This document shows positions 1-9,933 of a DNA stretch of 64,000 nucleotides, piece by piece. A program made the translations under genes and the position numbers. This DNA comes from an uncultured Acidobacteriota bacterium (GTDB taxonomy: Bacteria; Acidobacteriota; Vicinamibacteria; Vicinamibacterales; UBA2999): positions 30,902 to 94,901 of the forward strand of contig CAWHBF010000024.1 in the NCBI GenBank assembly GCA_963827515.1, read 5' to 3'. Under the pieces are notes generated by a model, which made no database searches, was not told the DNA's origin, and was given only the letters and a program-made list of their open reading frames with translations. Each line of letters opens with the position of its first letter. Within the stretch, counting starts at the first letter, position 1.

Positions 1-656
1 GCACCGGGCGGGTTCTCATCCCGACCGCTCGCGCGGGGCTTGAGGTTGTTGGGCTGGACTTGTCGCCGCGCATGCTGGCCGTGTGCCGCGAGCGTCTCCT
101 CGGTGAACCCGACGAGGTGCGAACACGGGCGCACGTAATCGAGGCCGACATGCGGCGCTTTGATCTTGGCCAGCGGTTCCGGTTGGTCATGATTCCGTTT
201 CGATCCTTTCAGTACTTGTTGACCATCGAAGACCAACTCACATGCCTTGAGGAGATTCGCCGGCACTTGGTCGATGACGGTGTCCTCATCCTGGACCTCT
301 TCAACCCCTCGCTGGAGTTTCTCACTGGTCCAACGGGCCAGGAGTCGGAAGACGAGGCGGACTTCTCCGCGGCAGACGGTCGACGGATTGCGTGCCGCTA
401 CAGGGTGGTGGCTCTCGATCGTCATCGACAGGTCAATCGAATTGAACTGATCTACTACGTCACTCACCCAGACGGTCGAACGGAACGCCTTGTCCACGCG
501 TTTTCGATGCGATATCTGTTTCGCTTCGAGGCCGAGCACTTGCTGATCCGCGCCGGCTTTGAAATCGCACATCTTTACGCGGACTACGATCGGACTCCGT
601 ACGGTTCGAAGTACCCCGGTGAGCTCCTGTTCGTGGCAAGAAAGACGCGATCATGA
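1..656 (+). CDS. class I SAM-dependent methyltransferase, 5' end cut by window edge
   Basis: Frame 3 is open from nt 3. Translation ...GLEVVGLDLSPRMLAVCRERL...DGVLILDLFNP... is typical of Rossmann-fold methyltransferases. Stop at 654-656. Confidence 0.8.
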   Translation, partial: TGRVLIPTARAGLEVVGLDLSPRMLAVCRERLLGEPDEVRTRAHVIEADMRRFDLGQRFRLVMIPFRSFQYLLTIEDQLTCLEEIRRHLVDDGVLILDLFNPSLEFLTGPTGQESEDEADFSAADGRRIACRYRVVALDRHRQVNRIELIYYVTHPDGRTERLVHAFSMRYLFRFEAEHLLIRAGFEIAHLYADYDRTPYGSKYPGELLFVARKTRS

Positions 657-781
657 GCATGCCGCCGAACAAGCGTTTGCGGCCGACGATGGCGGCGTGA
701 TCATGAGCCGCCTCGGCTGAAACGCGGGCGTTAGCGGAGCGGGACGTAGCGACTGTTGCGGAAAGCTGGCAGAATCAATCG

Positions 782-1269
782 GTGAGTCCGACCGTTCTCC
801 AGAGCGGGCCTATCGCTCTTTTTCTTCTCAAGCGACCGTGGTGAGCCCATCCACGTGCACGTGGCGCGGGACGCAGGCCGCGATTCTGGCTGGCCCGTCC
901 GACTCGACTACACCACCTTTGCCTCGATTGCTTCTCGAGTTGTTCGATCCCCACCCGATTATACTCTTTCTTCATCTCCTCCCTCCCCTTTTCCCCCCCT
1001 CCTCTTTTCAACCCTCCTTCTTCCCTCATGGTATCCACGCTTGGCTGAAGCGACGCCCCGCGAACGACGGAATTGGGCAGCTCATTGGTTCCGGTATCGG
1101 CGTTCACTGGCCAGACATCGACGAAGACATCTCGGTCGAAGCATTGCTGGCCGGCCTCGCATCGAACGAGAGCGCTACCTCGTTACGCCACTGGCGAGCG
1201 TCGCGGCAACACCCGGCTAGCAAGCGCTTGAAGCCGGCGGCACGTGGAGTCGCCAAGCGCCGCGGCTGA
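782..1269 (+). pseudogene. DUF4160-like / DUF2442-like gene-pair remnant, multiply frameshifted
   Basis: Fragments in different frames: PTVLQSGP.., ..AYRSFSS.., EPIHVHVARDAGR (DUF4160-like PxHVHV motif). Then RLAEATPRERRNW and GIGVHWPDIDEDISVEALLAG (DUF2442-like C-terminal motif). Interrupted by a polypyrimidine tract. Confidence 0.3.
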
Positions 1270-1519
1270 AGTGCGAACGTTGATATGGCTGGATTCTGTC
1301 AAGCGAGCAGATCGCTCCCCGCCTCACGGTTGTGAGTCCCTTTCTCAGCACGTTCTTTCTGTGCTCTTCGTTCTTCAGATCCGTCTGGTCGGCGGCACCG
1401 CGTTCTAGCGACGGTTGACGCTGCTGATATCCGCGGGTTGAGTACCGCCCAGACTGTGGTTCGTCGCGGAGCTGCCTCGCCCTAGGCACGGACGTATCGG
1501 TGGTGCTGATGTCCATAAC

Positions 1520-2800
1520 GTTTCCGAGGGTTCTCCACCTGACCGCGATGCCGCCGGCCTGACGGATCTGATCGCCGCGTCGGTTACGCGGGCGGCGCGG
1601 GGACCTCCCGTGCGATCGCCCAGATGAATCCTGTCAGCTCACGTGCAATCGCCGTCGCCACCTTTGGCTTGGCCTTGCCGCGTGCCACGAGTCGGCGGAA
1701 GCGGCCGTCAAGCGGAGCTGGGCGTTCCACGCAATGTCACGTACGGCCGGCGACAGCGCTTCTTGTCGATAGAGCATCTGCCGGCCAATGCGGGGCACTC
1801 CCTGATACGCCCACGCCGCTTCCGCCAGCAAACGGCGCGCGTGCGGATTGCCCGCCTTCGTGATCCCCCCTCGTCTGACACTCGGTCCGCTGGAGTACTC
1901 CGAGGGCACCAAGCCGAGATACGCCATGAGCTGGCGCGGATGCGTGAACCGGCGAATGTCACCCATCTCGGTGACGAGGCCCACCGCCGTGACGAACGAC
2001 ACACCGCGCAAGGCCTGGAGCGCATCCACGACCGGCGCCCAGCGCCACGGGGGCGTCAGCTGCCGGAGTTGCTCGGTGATCCGCTCGACGCGGCGTTCGG
2101 TTTCGTCGATCGTGTCGCGATACTCCTGCAGCGCGATGTGCTGCGGCGCGAGCGGGAAACTGAGATCGGCGAGCCAGCGACGATAGGGTCGAGTCCATCC
2201 GGCGCGTCCCGGATAGCGACGCCCCTGGCGGAGTAGGAAGGCTTTCAACCGATGCTTGGCTTGCGTGCTCAGGCCGACGGCGTCCTCGCGCGCGCGCACG
2301 AGGTCACGGAGCGCTTCATCGTCGGGCGTCGGAATGTAAATGGCCGTGAGCTCGCCCGCGCGATGTAATCGAGCGAGCGCGTCGCCATCGCGCCAATCCG
2401 TCTTGATGCGATCCCCACTCCGCTTCGGCATGCTCGAGGGATTGACGACCACGCAGTCTTCCCCCTGGGCGGTGAGATAGCGATGGATGCCAAAGCCGCA
2501 CGGGCCGGCCTCATACACGAAGCGCAACCGCCGCTGCGGTCCCCGAAGCGCCCGCACCATCTTGGCCACTGCCTCCAGGTCGCCGTTGATGACGCCGTAG
2601 TGGCGGACCTCGCCATCACGTCCCTCCTCGGCAAGGGACACGTCGATCGATTCCTTGTGGACATCCATCCCCACGAACATGCTACGTTTCGCCATGGCCT
2701 GCCTCCGTTGTATGTGGCTCTGCGCGGCACCCTCATCGGCGTCGCGCAATCCACGACTTACTACGTGAGGCAGGCCTCTGCTCCAACAGCCATACTGTCT
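1520..2800 (-). mobile_element. IS110-family insertion sequence (boundaries approximate)
   Basis: Contains the IS110-type transposase gene. This family lacks clear terminal inverted repeats, so ends cannot be fixed from one copy. Confidence 0.45.
1634..2695 (-). CDS. IS110 family transposase
   Basis: MAKRSMFVGMDVHKESIDV... (DEDD N-terminal domain). C-terminal ...LRGVSFVTAVGLVTEMGDIRRF...GLVPSEYSSG...GITKAGNPHARRLL (Transposase_20-like). ATG at 2695 chosen over the longer ORF start at 2749. Confidence 0.9.
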   Translation of the reverse strand: MAKRSMFVGMDVHKESIDVSLAEEGRDGEVRHYGVINGDLEAVAKMVRALRGPQRRLRFVYEAGPCGFGIHRYLTAQGEDCVVVNPSSMPKRSGDRIKTDWRDGDALARLHRAGELTAIYIPTPDDEALRDLVRAREDAVGLSTQAKHRLKAFLLRQGRRYPGRAGWTRPYRRWLADLSFPLAPQHIALQEYRDTIDETERRVERITEQLRQLTPPWRWAPVVDALQALRGVSFVTAVGLVTEMGDIRRFTHPRQLMAYLGLVPSEYSSGPSVRRGGITKAGNPHARRLLAEAAWAYQGVPRIGRQMLYRQEALSPAVRDIAWNAQLRLTAASADSWHAARPSQRWRRRLHVS

Positions 2801-2811
2801 AGACCGACACC

Positions 2812-3357
2812 ATGTTTCCGATTCGACTCAATGACGACGTGGCTCTGGAGCTCCTCGAGGTGCGTCACGCCGACGAGCTGTTTCGCGTCACAGATGCCAA
2901 TCGGGCGCATCTGCGGGAATGGCTTCCATGGGTTGATGGGACCACGAGCCCTGAGGACACCAAGGCGTTCATCCAGGTGGTGCGCAAACAGCTCTTCGAC
3001 AACAAGGGGTTCCAGACGGCGATTCGATTCCGAGGAGCACTGGTTGGCGTTGTCGGGCATCATGGAATCAACTGGGCCAACCGGTCGTCCTCACTCGGGT
3101 ATTGGCTGTCCGAAGACGCGCAGAGGCGAGGGATCATGACCGAGGCGTGTCGCGCCTACACCAGCCACGCGTTTGCAACATTGAAACTCAATCGTATGGA
3201 GATTCGTTGCGCCGTGGAGAACCGGAAGAGTCGAGCGATTCCAGAGCGACTGGCATTCCGTTCTGAAGGCACCATCCGGCAGGCGGAGTGGCTCTATGAC
3301 CACTTTGTCGATCACGTGGTGTACGGCATGTTGGCATCCGAGTGGGGGCACCTATGA
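2812..3357 (+). CDS. GNAT family N-acetyltransferase (RimJ/RimL-like)
   Basis: 181 aa: LELLEVRHADELFRVTDANRAHLREWLPWV...; ...LGYWLSEDAQRRGIMTEA..; typical RimL-like acetyltransferase pattern. Confidence 0.85.
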   Translation: MFPIRLNDDVALELLEVRHADELFRVTDANRAHLREWLPWVDGTTSPEDTKAFIQVVRKQLFDNKGFQTAIRFRGALVGVVGHHGINWANRSSSLGYWLSEDAQRRGIMTEACRAYTSHAFATLKLNRMEIRCAVENRKSRAIPERLAFRSEGTIRQAEWLYDHFVDHVVYGMLASEWGHL

Positions 3358-3470
3358 GTAGGGTATCGCGGCCTAACCTCCAGATGGAGCCGACGCGCCA
3401 GACGGTCCGTGCCCCATGTCGCTGAGGCGCTCGGCTCATTCGGCGCGTTAGGTCTCACAGTGACTCTCAC

Positions 3471-4049
3471 ATGGTGCCCACGAACCTGATCTTCATCATC
3501 GGAGGTTCTGGCACCGGCAAGACGACTCTTGCGCGAGCTCTCCAGGAGCGGCTTCTTCCCGACCAGTGGTTTCACATCTCCCCTGACACGCTTTTCTACT
3601 GTCTCCCGAAGTCAATCGTGGATCGAGCGGACTCCGCCAATGACTGGTCGGCAGTTGATACGAAGCTGATAACCGAACTCGCCTACAGTTGTGTTCGTGA
3701 GGCACTTCGATCGGGTGCCCGGGTAGTGTTCGATTGCGTGGTGATGACCGAGCGGCGCGCCAGGCAACTGCTCGCGGCCTTTGCCGGAGATGACCCGTTC
3801 GTGGTCGCGACCACGTGCGCGTGGGACGAACTGCTTCGCCGCACACAGGTCCGTGGCGACCGCACGCTTGAAGAAGTCCAACGGGGGTTTGAGACCGGCG
3901 GCCAGTTCCTTGAGCCGGACTGTGTGCTCGATACGACTGCGAGCCCTCCAGCGAAGTTGGTTGATGAGTTGCTCAACCACTTAGCCTATCGAGGCAGCAC
4001 CTCCGCCTGGCGCCGGAATCTGACTCGCTACAGGGAGCCAGGTGACTAG
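3471..4049 (+). CDS. P-loop NTPase / small-molecule kinase-like protein
   Basis: Walker A IIGGSGTGKTTLARAL at the N-terminus; 192 aa. The stop codon TAG (4047-4049) lies inside the CTAG at the left end of the adjacent IS. Confidence 0.65.
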   Translation: MVPTNLIFIIGGSGTGKTTLARALQERLLPDQWFHISPDTLFYCLPKSIVDRADSANDWSAVDTKLITELAYSCVREALRSGARVVFDCVVMTERRARQLLAAFAGDDPFVVATTCAWDELLRRTQVRGDRTLEEVQRGFETGGQFLEPDCVLDTTASPPAKLVDELLNHLAYRGSTSAWRRNLTRYREPGD

Positions 4050-5703
4050 CTACTTTCGCGGTGAAGAAATGACCGCGTAAGTCGTTGACTGGTACCGACA
4101 GCCGGCGGCCGGCTGTGACCGAATGGTTCATTCTGCGTTGCCTCGATCGATCCGTCGTACTACACTGCCCGCGCGTGATCGTTCATCAAAGGAGCGGGCA
4201 TGGTTCAGCGTCGCCAGCGCGAGCGCAGTCTGTTCGAAGTGTTCTTGCCCGACGGGCACAAGCTGTGGCCCGACTGGTTGCGGCGGATCGACACGCTGCT
4301 CGAGGACGAGGCCGTGATTGACACGGTCGTCGCAGGCGCTCGAGGCGCGCTGGCCGCAGAGTCGGCGCCGCGGGCGCCCCGGGACACCGGCCGACGTCGT
4401 GCTGCGGATGCTGATCCTGAAGCATCTGTTCGACTGGAGCTATGACGACCTCGAGCGCGAGGTGCGCGCCAATTTGGTGTATCGCGATGTTCACGCGCAT
4501 TGATGCGGGCGAGGTGCCGGACGCGAAGACGATCCTGAAGATCGCGCGGGCGCTCGGCCCGGAGGTCATTGAGCAGTTGCATCGGCAGGTGGTCGAGGTG
4601 GCGAAGCGTGCGGGGTCACGCACGGTCGTCGATTTCGCGTCGACACCACGGTCGTAGAAACGAATGTGCACTACCCGACCGACAGCACGCTCTTGCGGGA
4701 TGGGGTGCGCGTGCTGACGCGGACGATGCAACGGGCGAGCATGGCGTTGGGCGATCCGAGCCGGGCGCATTCGTAATCGGTTGCGGAGCGTGACCCGGCG
4801 CGTGCTGATCATTGGGTATGAAGCGCGATCGCCAAAGACGCGGGACGCGATGGTGAAGAGTTACCGCACACTGATGGCGACGACGCGGGCGGTGCTGCGT
4901 GACGCGGCGACCATGGTCCGGCGGCTGCGTCAGCGTGCGCGCACGGCCAGTCCGTCGATCCGACCGATCTTGCAGCGCGCCCAGGACGGGCTGGCGGCGA
5001 TGCGGCCGCTGGTCCAGCGCGTCGTCGATCAAACACGCGCGCGCGTCCTCGGCGGCGACACGCACGTCCCCGGCAAAGTCCTCAGCCTCTTCGAACGGCA
5101 CACGGTGACGATCCGCAAAGGCAAGATCGCGAAACCGAACGAGTTCGGGAACCTGGTGACCATTCAAGAAGCGGAACATCAGATCGTGACCGCCTTCGAA
5201 ATTCATGCGGGGCGGCCGGCCGACGTCACGTTGTGGACCCCGGCGTTGGATCGGCATCAGGCGATCTTCGGGCGCGCGCCGGATCTGGCCGCGGGCGACC
5301 GCGGTTTCAGCTCGGCCCGCAACGAACAGGCGGCGGTGGACCGCGGCGTGCGACGGGTGGTCTTGCCGCGGCCGGCGCCAAGTCGCCGGCGCGGCGCACC
5401 CATGAACGTCAACGCTGGTTCCGCCGCGGGCAACGCTGGCGCGTCGGGTGCGAAGGCCGCATCAGTGTGCTCAAACGTCGTCATGGTCTGCGCCGCTGTC
5501 GCTACCATGGCGTCGACGGCATGCACCGATGGGTCGGGTTCGGCGTCATCGCTGACAATCTGATGAACATCGCGACCTTTACACACGCGCGGGCCACCGC
5601 ATAGAGAAACGAGAGACAATGAAACGATCGGTCAGCGAACCGGCCGCTCGATCGCAGACAGAACAGCGCGCAAGCGGTCATTTCTTCACCGGAAAGTAGC
5701 TAG
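4046..5703 (+). mobile_element. IS5/ISNCY-like insertion sequence with about 28-bp terminal inverted repeats
   Basis: Left end 4046-4074 is ctagctactttcgcggtgaagaaatgacc. Right end 5677-5703 is ggtcatttcttcaccggaaagtagctag, its reverse complement apart from one indel. CTAG at both tips. Encloses a DDE transposase reading frame. Confidence 0.8.
4200..5604 (+). pseudogene. IS5/ISNCY-like DDE transposase, at least 5 frameshifts
   Basis: Segments in all three frames: LFEVFLPDGHKLWPDWLRRIDTLLEDEAVID; VLRMLILKHLFDWSYDDLEREVRANLVYR; FTRIDAGEVPDAKTILKIARALGPEVIEQLH; VDTTVVETNVHYPTDSTLLRDGVRVLTR; KGKIAKPNEFGNLVTIQE..DRGFSSARNE; RWFRRGQRWRVGCEGRISVLKRRHGLRRCRYHG. Confidence 0.75.
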
Positions 5704-5731
5704 ACTAGGACCAGGCTCCGAGAGACAGTCA

Positions 5732-6657
5732 ATGGGCAACGAGTTCAAGGGACAGACGGCGCACTCCGCGGAGTATTTCGGCGACACGCGCGATCACTGG
5801 TGGAACCTCGACTTCCTGCGGCTGATGGCGAAGCGCTGGAAGCTCGACGCCGTCCGCGACGTGCTCGACGTGGGCTGCGGCGTCGGTCACTGGGGCATGC
5901 TGCTCGCGTCGGTCATGCCCGAGAACGTGCGTGTCACCGGCATCGATCGCGAGCCGAGCTGGGTCGAAGAGGCGAGCGAGCGCGCGCTCGCGCGCGGGCT
6001 CGAGGGGCGCTTCTCGTACCGGCAGGGCGAGGCGGAGCGCCTTCCCTTTCCTGACAACTCGTTCGATCTCACGACCTGCCAGACGGTGCTCATCCACCTG
6101 GCCGATCCGGCCGCCGCGATCGCCGAGATGTTGCGCGTGACCAGGCCGGGCGGGCTCGTCGCGGTCGCGGAGCCCAACAACCTGACCGAGTCGCTGCTCC
6201 TCGATTCCATCTCGAACCAGGCGAGCGTCGACGAGATCGTGGAGCTCGTGCGCTTCCAGCTGACGTGCGAGCGAGGCAAGGTCGCTCTCGGCGAAGGCGA
6301 CAACTCGCTCGGCGATCGCGTGCCCGGGCTGTTCGTCGCGCAGGGACTGGCGGAGGTCGAGGTGCACGTCAACGACAAGGCGACCGCGGTCTTCCCGCCG
6401 TATGCCGCGGGCGCGCAGCGCGCCTTCACCGAGGATGCGCGCGACCGCGCTGGCTCGCCGCCTCTGGAACTGGAGCGAGGCCGACACGCGGCGGCTCTTC
6501 CTTGCCGGCGGCGGCTCCGAGGACGACTTCGTCGTCCACTTCGCGCGCGCGCTGGCCTCCCGCGAGACAGATCGTCCGCGGCTTGGACGACGCCACCTAT
6601 CACGGGATCATCGGCGGAGCGTTCTACCTGGTGGCGGGCCGAAAGACCGCAATCTAG
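5732..6657 (+). CDS. class I SAM-dependent methyltransferase (two frameshifts)
   Basis: VLDVGCGVGHWGMLLA (motif I), ..LPFPDNSFDLTTCQTVLIHLADP..RPGGLVAVAEPNN. The C-terminal part continues in frame 3 (WNWSEADTRRLFLAGGGSEDDFVVHFARALA) and then frame 1 (..YHGIIGGAFYLVAGRKTAI, stop 6657). The 440-aa ORF tail to 7054 is out-of-frame read-through. Confidence 0.7.
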
Positions 6658-6719
6658 GCAGCGCTGCGTGATTCTGGGCACCAGTTTCGGCAGCCGCTCG
6701 CGCGTATCATTGCGCCGCC

Positions 6720-7454
6720 ATGACAAGCAAACGCACCGCGATCGTCCTCGGAGGCTCCGGGTCGGTCGGAACCGCCCTGCTCCGCGAGTTGCTCCACGAC
6801 GATGGCTTCAACGCGGTCATCACACTATCGCGCCGATCGCTACCCGAGGCCGTCGCGATCGCTCGTACCGCCGGCCGCACACTGGTGGAGAAGCTCGTTC
6901 CCGACATGAAGCCCGCACCCCTCGCCGCAGCGACGATCGATGCGGCGAGAGAGCTCGACGGCGATTTAGAAGGATTCAGTGTGCTCGGCGTCGGTGCCGG
7001 CACCGCGAAGCTCACGCTCGAGGAACATCGCGCGGTGGACGTTGCGCTGAATGAAACGTTCGCGCGGGCGCTTCGGGATTCGGGCAAGGTCCGGCATCTC
7101 GCGTTCATGAGCGCCGTGGGTGCGGACCCGACGGCGAAGGCCAGCGGCAGTGGTGGCGCAGGCATGTCGCGGTACAACCGCGTGAAGGGCGAGTCCGAAG
7201 AAGCCGTGCGCGCGAGCGGGCCGGCGGTCGTGAGCGTATTCCGTCCCGCGATGATCATCGGTTCTCAGCACACGCCGTGGCTTCTCGAGAAGACGCTGCC
7301 ATTGTTCTCGTTCGTCATGCCGGCGAAGTACCGATCGATCCGCGTGGAACAGATCGCGAAGGCGATGATCGCGACCGCGAAGCACCACCCCGCGACCAGC
7401 GCCACGTATCACTACCCGGAGATGATGGCGCTGATCGCGAGCGGGCAGCGGTAG
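6720..7454 (+). CDS. NAD(P)-binding Rossmann oxidoreductase (NmrA/HTATIP2-like)
   Basis: TAIVLGGSGSVGTALLRELL glycine-rich dinucleotide motif; 244 aa; ..RYNRVKGESEEAV.. (YxxxK-like). Confidence 0.7.
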   Translation: MTSKRTAIVLGGSGSVGTALLRELLHDDGFNAVITLSRRSLPEAVAIARTAGRTLVEKLVPDMKPAPLAAATIDAARELDGDLEGFSVLGVGAGTAKLTLEEHRAVDVALNETFARALRDSGKVRHLAFMSAVGADPTAKASGSGGAGMSRYNRVKGESEEAVRASGPAVVSVFRPAMIIGSQHTPWLLEKTLPLFSFVMPAKYRSIRVEQIAKAMIATAKHHPATSATYHYPEMMALIASGQR

Positions 7455-7655
7455 TCCTCGACGCGAGTCAGAAGAGGGGCGCTGATAACATCAGCCAGTT
7501 ATTCATCTTGATAGCTAACGATCTGGGTCAGTCTACACTGTCGCTGAGGAACAGAAGTTCAGGATTCGGGCTACTCGGTTGGGCCGGAGGGGAGTATCGC
7601 CGTATCGTTCTCAACGATGATCTGCCAGCGCACGGCCTGAAGAGGGGCGGCGTCG

Positions 7656-8424
7656 TTACACGGACGGCGCCAACGCGTTTTCTTTTTGGGTACTCGGGGC
7701 GGCTCTGTCAGGGTCAGCAGTAGAGCCACACAGTATCTGCAGCGCGCGCACGCGTTCAGTCGTCACGCGGCCCGTTCGGCCTCCCTCGCACGCCGCTCCC
7801 CGCACGCCGGCGATATCTGCGCCGGCATCGCGCACGAATCGCAAGATCATCCGCCTGGAGTCTTCCGGCGACGGCCACGAGCAAGCCAGCCTCGTGTGCA
7901 CCTGCGATCCACGCGGAAAGTTCAGGCTGGGACACCAGTTCGCGCAGGCCGGGCCCGCGTTTATCAGCTGTATCGAGGAGCACGCCCCTCGCGCCCGCTC
8001 TAACGGCTGCTTCGGTTAGCGCGTCAGGGTCCAGACTTCCCACCACCTGGGCGTCCGCATAGGCGACCGCTACGACACCGCATCGGTCAGCGCTGCTTGC
8101 GGCCGCGCCACGGACCGCTGCCGACAGGAGTGACACCGCGCGTTCGATGCTCGAGGTCCCGGCGAACCCGACCTTGACCAATCCAGTGCCCGTGCTGGCG
8201 TATGCGCGGGCCATCCCCTCGATCGTCGCTTCGTCCTCCGCATCGCCGAGCGCTGCGGTGACGAGGTGCGCGGCGGGCGTGACGCGACGGATGTCGAGGA
8301 GCACCGGGATCGATACCGCGCCAAGAGGCCCGGACGCCGGGTTCTTCGCGTCGATGATATCGGCGCCGCCGGCAAGAGCCGCATCTGCCTCGTGCCCACT
8401 GAGCACGCTCACCAACAGTCTCAT
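7656..8424 (-). CDS. (5-formylfuran-3-yl)methyl phosphate synthase-like protein (MfnB/DUF556 family), one frameshift near 7850
   Basis: MRLLVSVLSGHEADAALAGGADIIDAKNPASGPLGA.. matches the MfnB-type N-terminus. The C-terminal part GADIAGVRGAACEGGRTGRVTTERVRAL is in the frame of ORF 7656..7901. Confidence 0.65.
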
Positions 8425-8443
8425 CGTAAAACCCATGCGTCAC

Positions 8444-8616
8444 GACAGTCCGCGCAGGCTGAAGCCTGCGCTCTACGTTCCGACGAGACAGTCCGCGTAG
8501 GCTGAAGCGATTTGCGTTTCGCCGTAGAGCGCACGCTTCAGCGTGCGCGTGTCCGCGGAGGCCAAAGCCTCCGCTCTACGCCGAATCGGAAAGCGGTCCA
8601 AAGCCTGCGCTTTACG
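8444..8616. repeat. REP/MITE-like nested-palindrome element, copy A (inverted relative to copies B-D)
   Basis: Contains gcgcaggctgaagcctgcgc, gtagagcgcacgcttcagcgtgcgc and gcggaggccaaagcctccgc hairpins. Shares more than 80% of its core with 40804-40959, 52698-52847 and 54624-54740. Confidence 0.8.
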
Positions 8617-8728
8617 GCCGGTCGGGAGCCTCATCGTCAGGTGCGCGCACCACGAGACGATGAACGGCCGGTGTATCGCGCCATCGGAGTCATTTGATCC
8701 GCGAAGAAGGTACCATGTTTCTCCGAAG

Positions 8729-9502
8729 ATGACAGACGCTGGACTCGGGTCGCTCTCTGGCCGCGGCGTGCTCGTGACGGGGGCGTCGAGCGGCATCGGC
8801 CGCGCGATTGCGCTCGCCTGCGCCGAGCAGGGGCGGACGTCGCGCTGACGTATCGAAGCAACGAGGAAGGTGCGCGCGAGGTCGAACGTCAGGTTCGAGG
8901 CCTCGGCCGTCGCGTGACGGTACCTGCGGGCGGACGTCTCCGATCAGTCGTCGGTCCGCGCGTTGGGCTCTGCCGCACGCCTGGCGCTCGGACAGATCGA
9001 CGTCTGGGTGAACAACGCCGGCGCGGATATCCTCACCGGCTCCGGCGCGACGCTCACCGACATCGAGAAGCTGGATCTCCTTCTCGCCGTGGATCTGCGT
9101 GGCACGATGCTCGCTTCGTGGCAGGCGGCGGAGCTGCTCGGCGCCCAGGAACACGGCGGGGTGATCATCAACATGAGCTGGGACCACGTGCTCACCGGCA
9201 TGGGTGGACGTAACCCTGAGCTCTTCGCCGCCGTGAAGGGTGGCGTGCTCGCGTTCAGCAAGTCGCTCGCGCGCTCGCTGGCGCCGCGCGTGCGCGTGAA
9301 TGTCATCGCTCCCGGTTGGATCGGCACCGCCTTTGCCTCGGCCGCGGACGAGCGCAAGCGACACGCCATCGCGGAGGCCACACCGCTCAAGCGGTGGGGC
9401 ACACCTGACGACGTCGCCGGTGCCGCCGTCTTCCTGGCCTCGCCCGCGGCAGGCTTCATCACCGGACAGACGATTCTCGTGGGCGGTGGAGTGGTTATGT
9501 GA
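8729..9502 (+). CDS. SDR family oxidoreductase (possible pteridine reductase), two compensating frameshifts
   Basis: VLVTGASSGIGRAIALACAEQG; middle segment GADVALTYRSNEEGAREVERQVRGLGRRVTV is in another frame (shifts at the G-run 8830-8833 and at CC 8923-8924). Then LRADVSDQSSV..IDVWVNNAG...; C-terminal ..GRWGTPDDVAGAAVFLASPAAGFITGQTILVGGG. Confidence 0.8.
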
Positions 9503-9573
9503 CCGGACGAACAGGTGCGAGGTCAGCGTGCGACGGTGCGGCGTGCCGCGGATCGTTCTGAGAGGGGGTCTTC

Positions 9574-9933
9574 ATGGCAGAGAAAGAAAAGACGTACGAC
9601 GAGGCGCAGATCGCGGAGCGCCTGGCAAGCCTTCCCGGGTGGTTTTTCGAAGGGGGTTGGATCCGACGCCACTACAAGACCGATGGTTGGCCCACGACGC
9701 TGATGCTGGTGACGGCGATCGGATACTGCGCGGAGGCGGCGTATCACCATCCCGACCTTGCGGTGACGTATGCACGCGTCACGGTGAAGCTGTCGACGCA
9801 CAGCGCCGGCGGGATCACGGACAAGGACTTCGAGCTGGCGCGCAAGATTGAAGAGCTTGCGTTGTGGCGACCGACGGGCGGTGCGCTCGAGGGCACGCCG
9901 AACAAGTTCGTCCGGGGCGGCGATCCGCGCTGA
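9574..9933 (+). CDS. 4a-hydroxytetrahydrobiopterin (pterin-4a-carbinolamine) dehydratase
   Basis: 119 aa: ..IAERLASLPGWFFEGGWIRRHYKTDGW..AAYHHPDLAVTYARVTVKLSTHSAGGITDKDFELARKIE is the PCD/DCoH signature. Confidence 0.85.
   Translation: MAEKEKTYDEAQIAERLASLPGWFFEGGWIRRHYKTDGWPTTLMLVTAIGYCAEAAYHHPDLAVTYARVTVKLSTHSAGGITDKDFELARKIEELALWRPTGGALEGTPNKFVRGGDPR

Noticed and set aside
1217-1516. 99-aa minus-strand ORF between the DUF2442 remnant and the IS110 element
   Set aside because: It has no motif, a basic low-complexity composition and no ribosome-binding site. The region may be IS-flanking or remnant DNA, and there is not enough support to call a gene.
4200-5604. Programmed ribosomal frameshifting in the IS5-like transposase
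   Set aside because: At least five frame changes in both directions are needed to follow the protein. Programmed -1 frameshifting, as in IS3 or IS1, involves a single slippery site, so decay or sequencing error is the simpler explanation.
5732-7054. 440-aa version of the methyltransferase ORF
   Set aside because: After about residue 235 the translation becomes Arg-rich nonsense and overlaps the well-supported gene 6720..7454. The genuine C-terminus is recovered in two other frames and ends at 6657.
7455-7655. AT-richer 200-bp spacer between convergent genes, with a small hairpin gctgat-aac-atcagc at 7481-7495; considered as an sRNA or tRNA locus
   Set aside because: No tRNA-like T-loop or anticodon architecture, no promoter/terminator pair and no repeat relationship to other loci could be seen. 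The hairpin is short and lacks a U-tract.
8444-8616. Possibility that the REP-like copies or the heptamer arrays are CRISPR arrays
   Set aside because: Repeat units are 7 nt or are nested palindromes without regularly sized unique spacers. Copies are dispersed rather than arrayed, and no cas genes are in the window.
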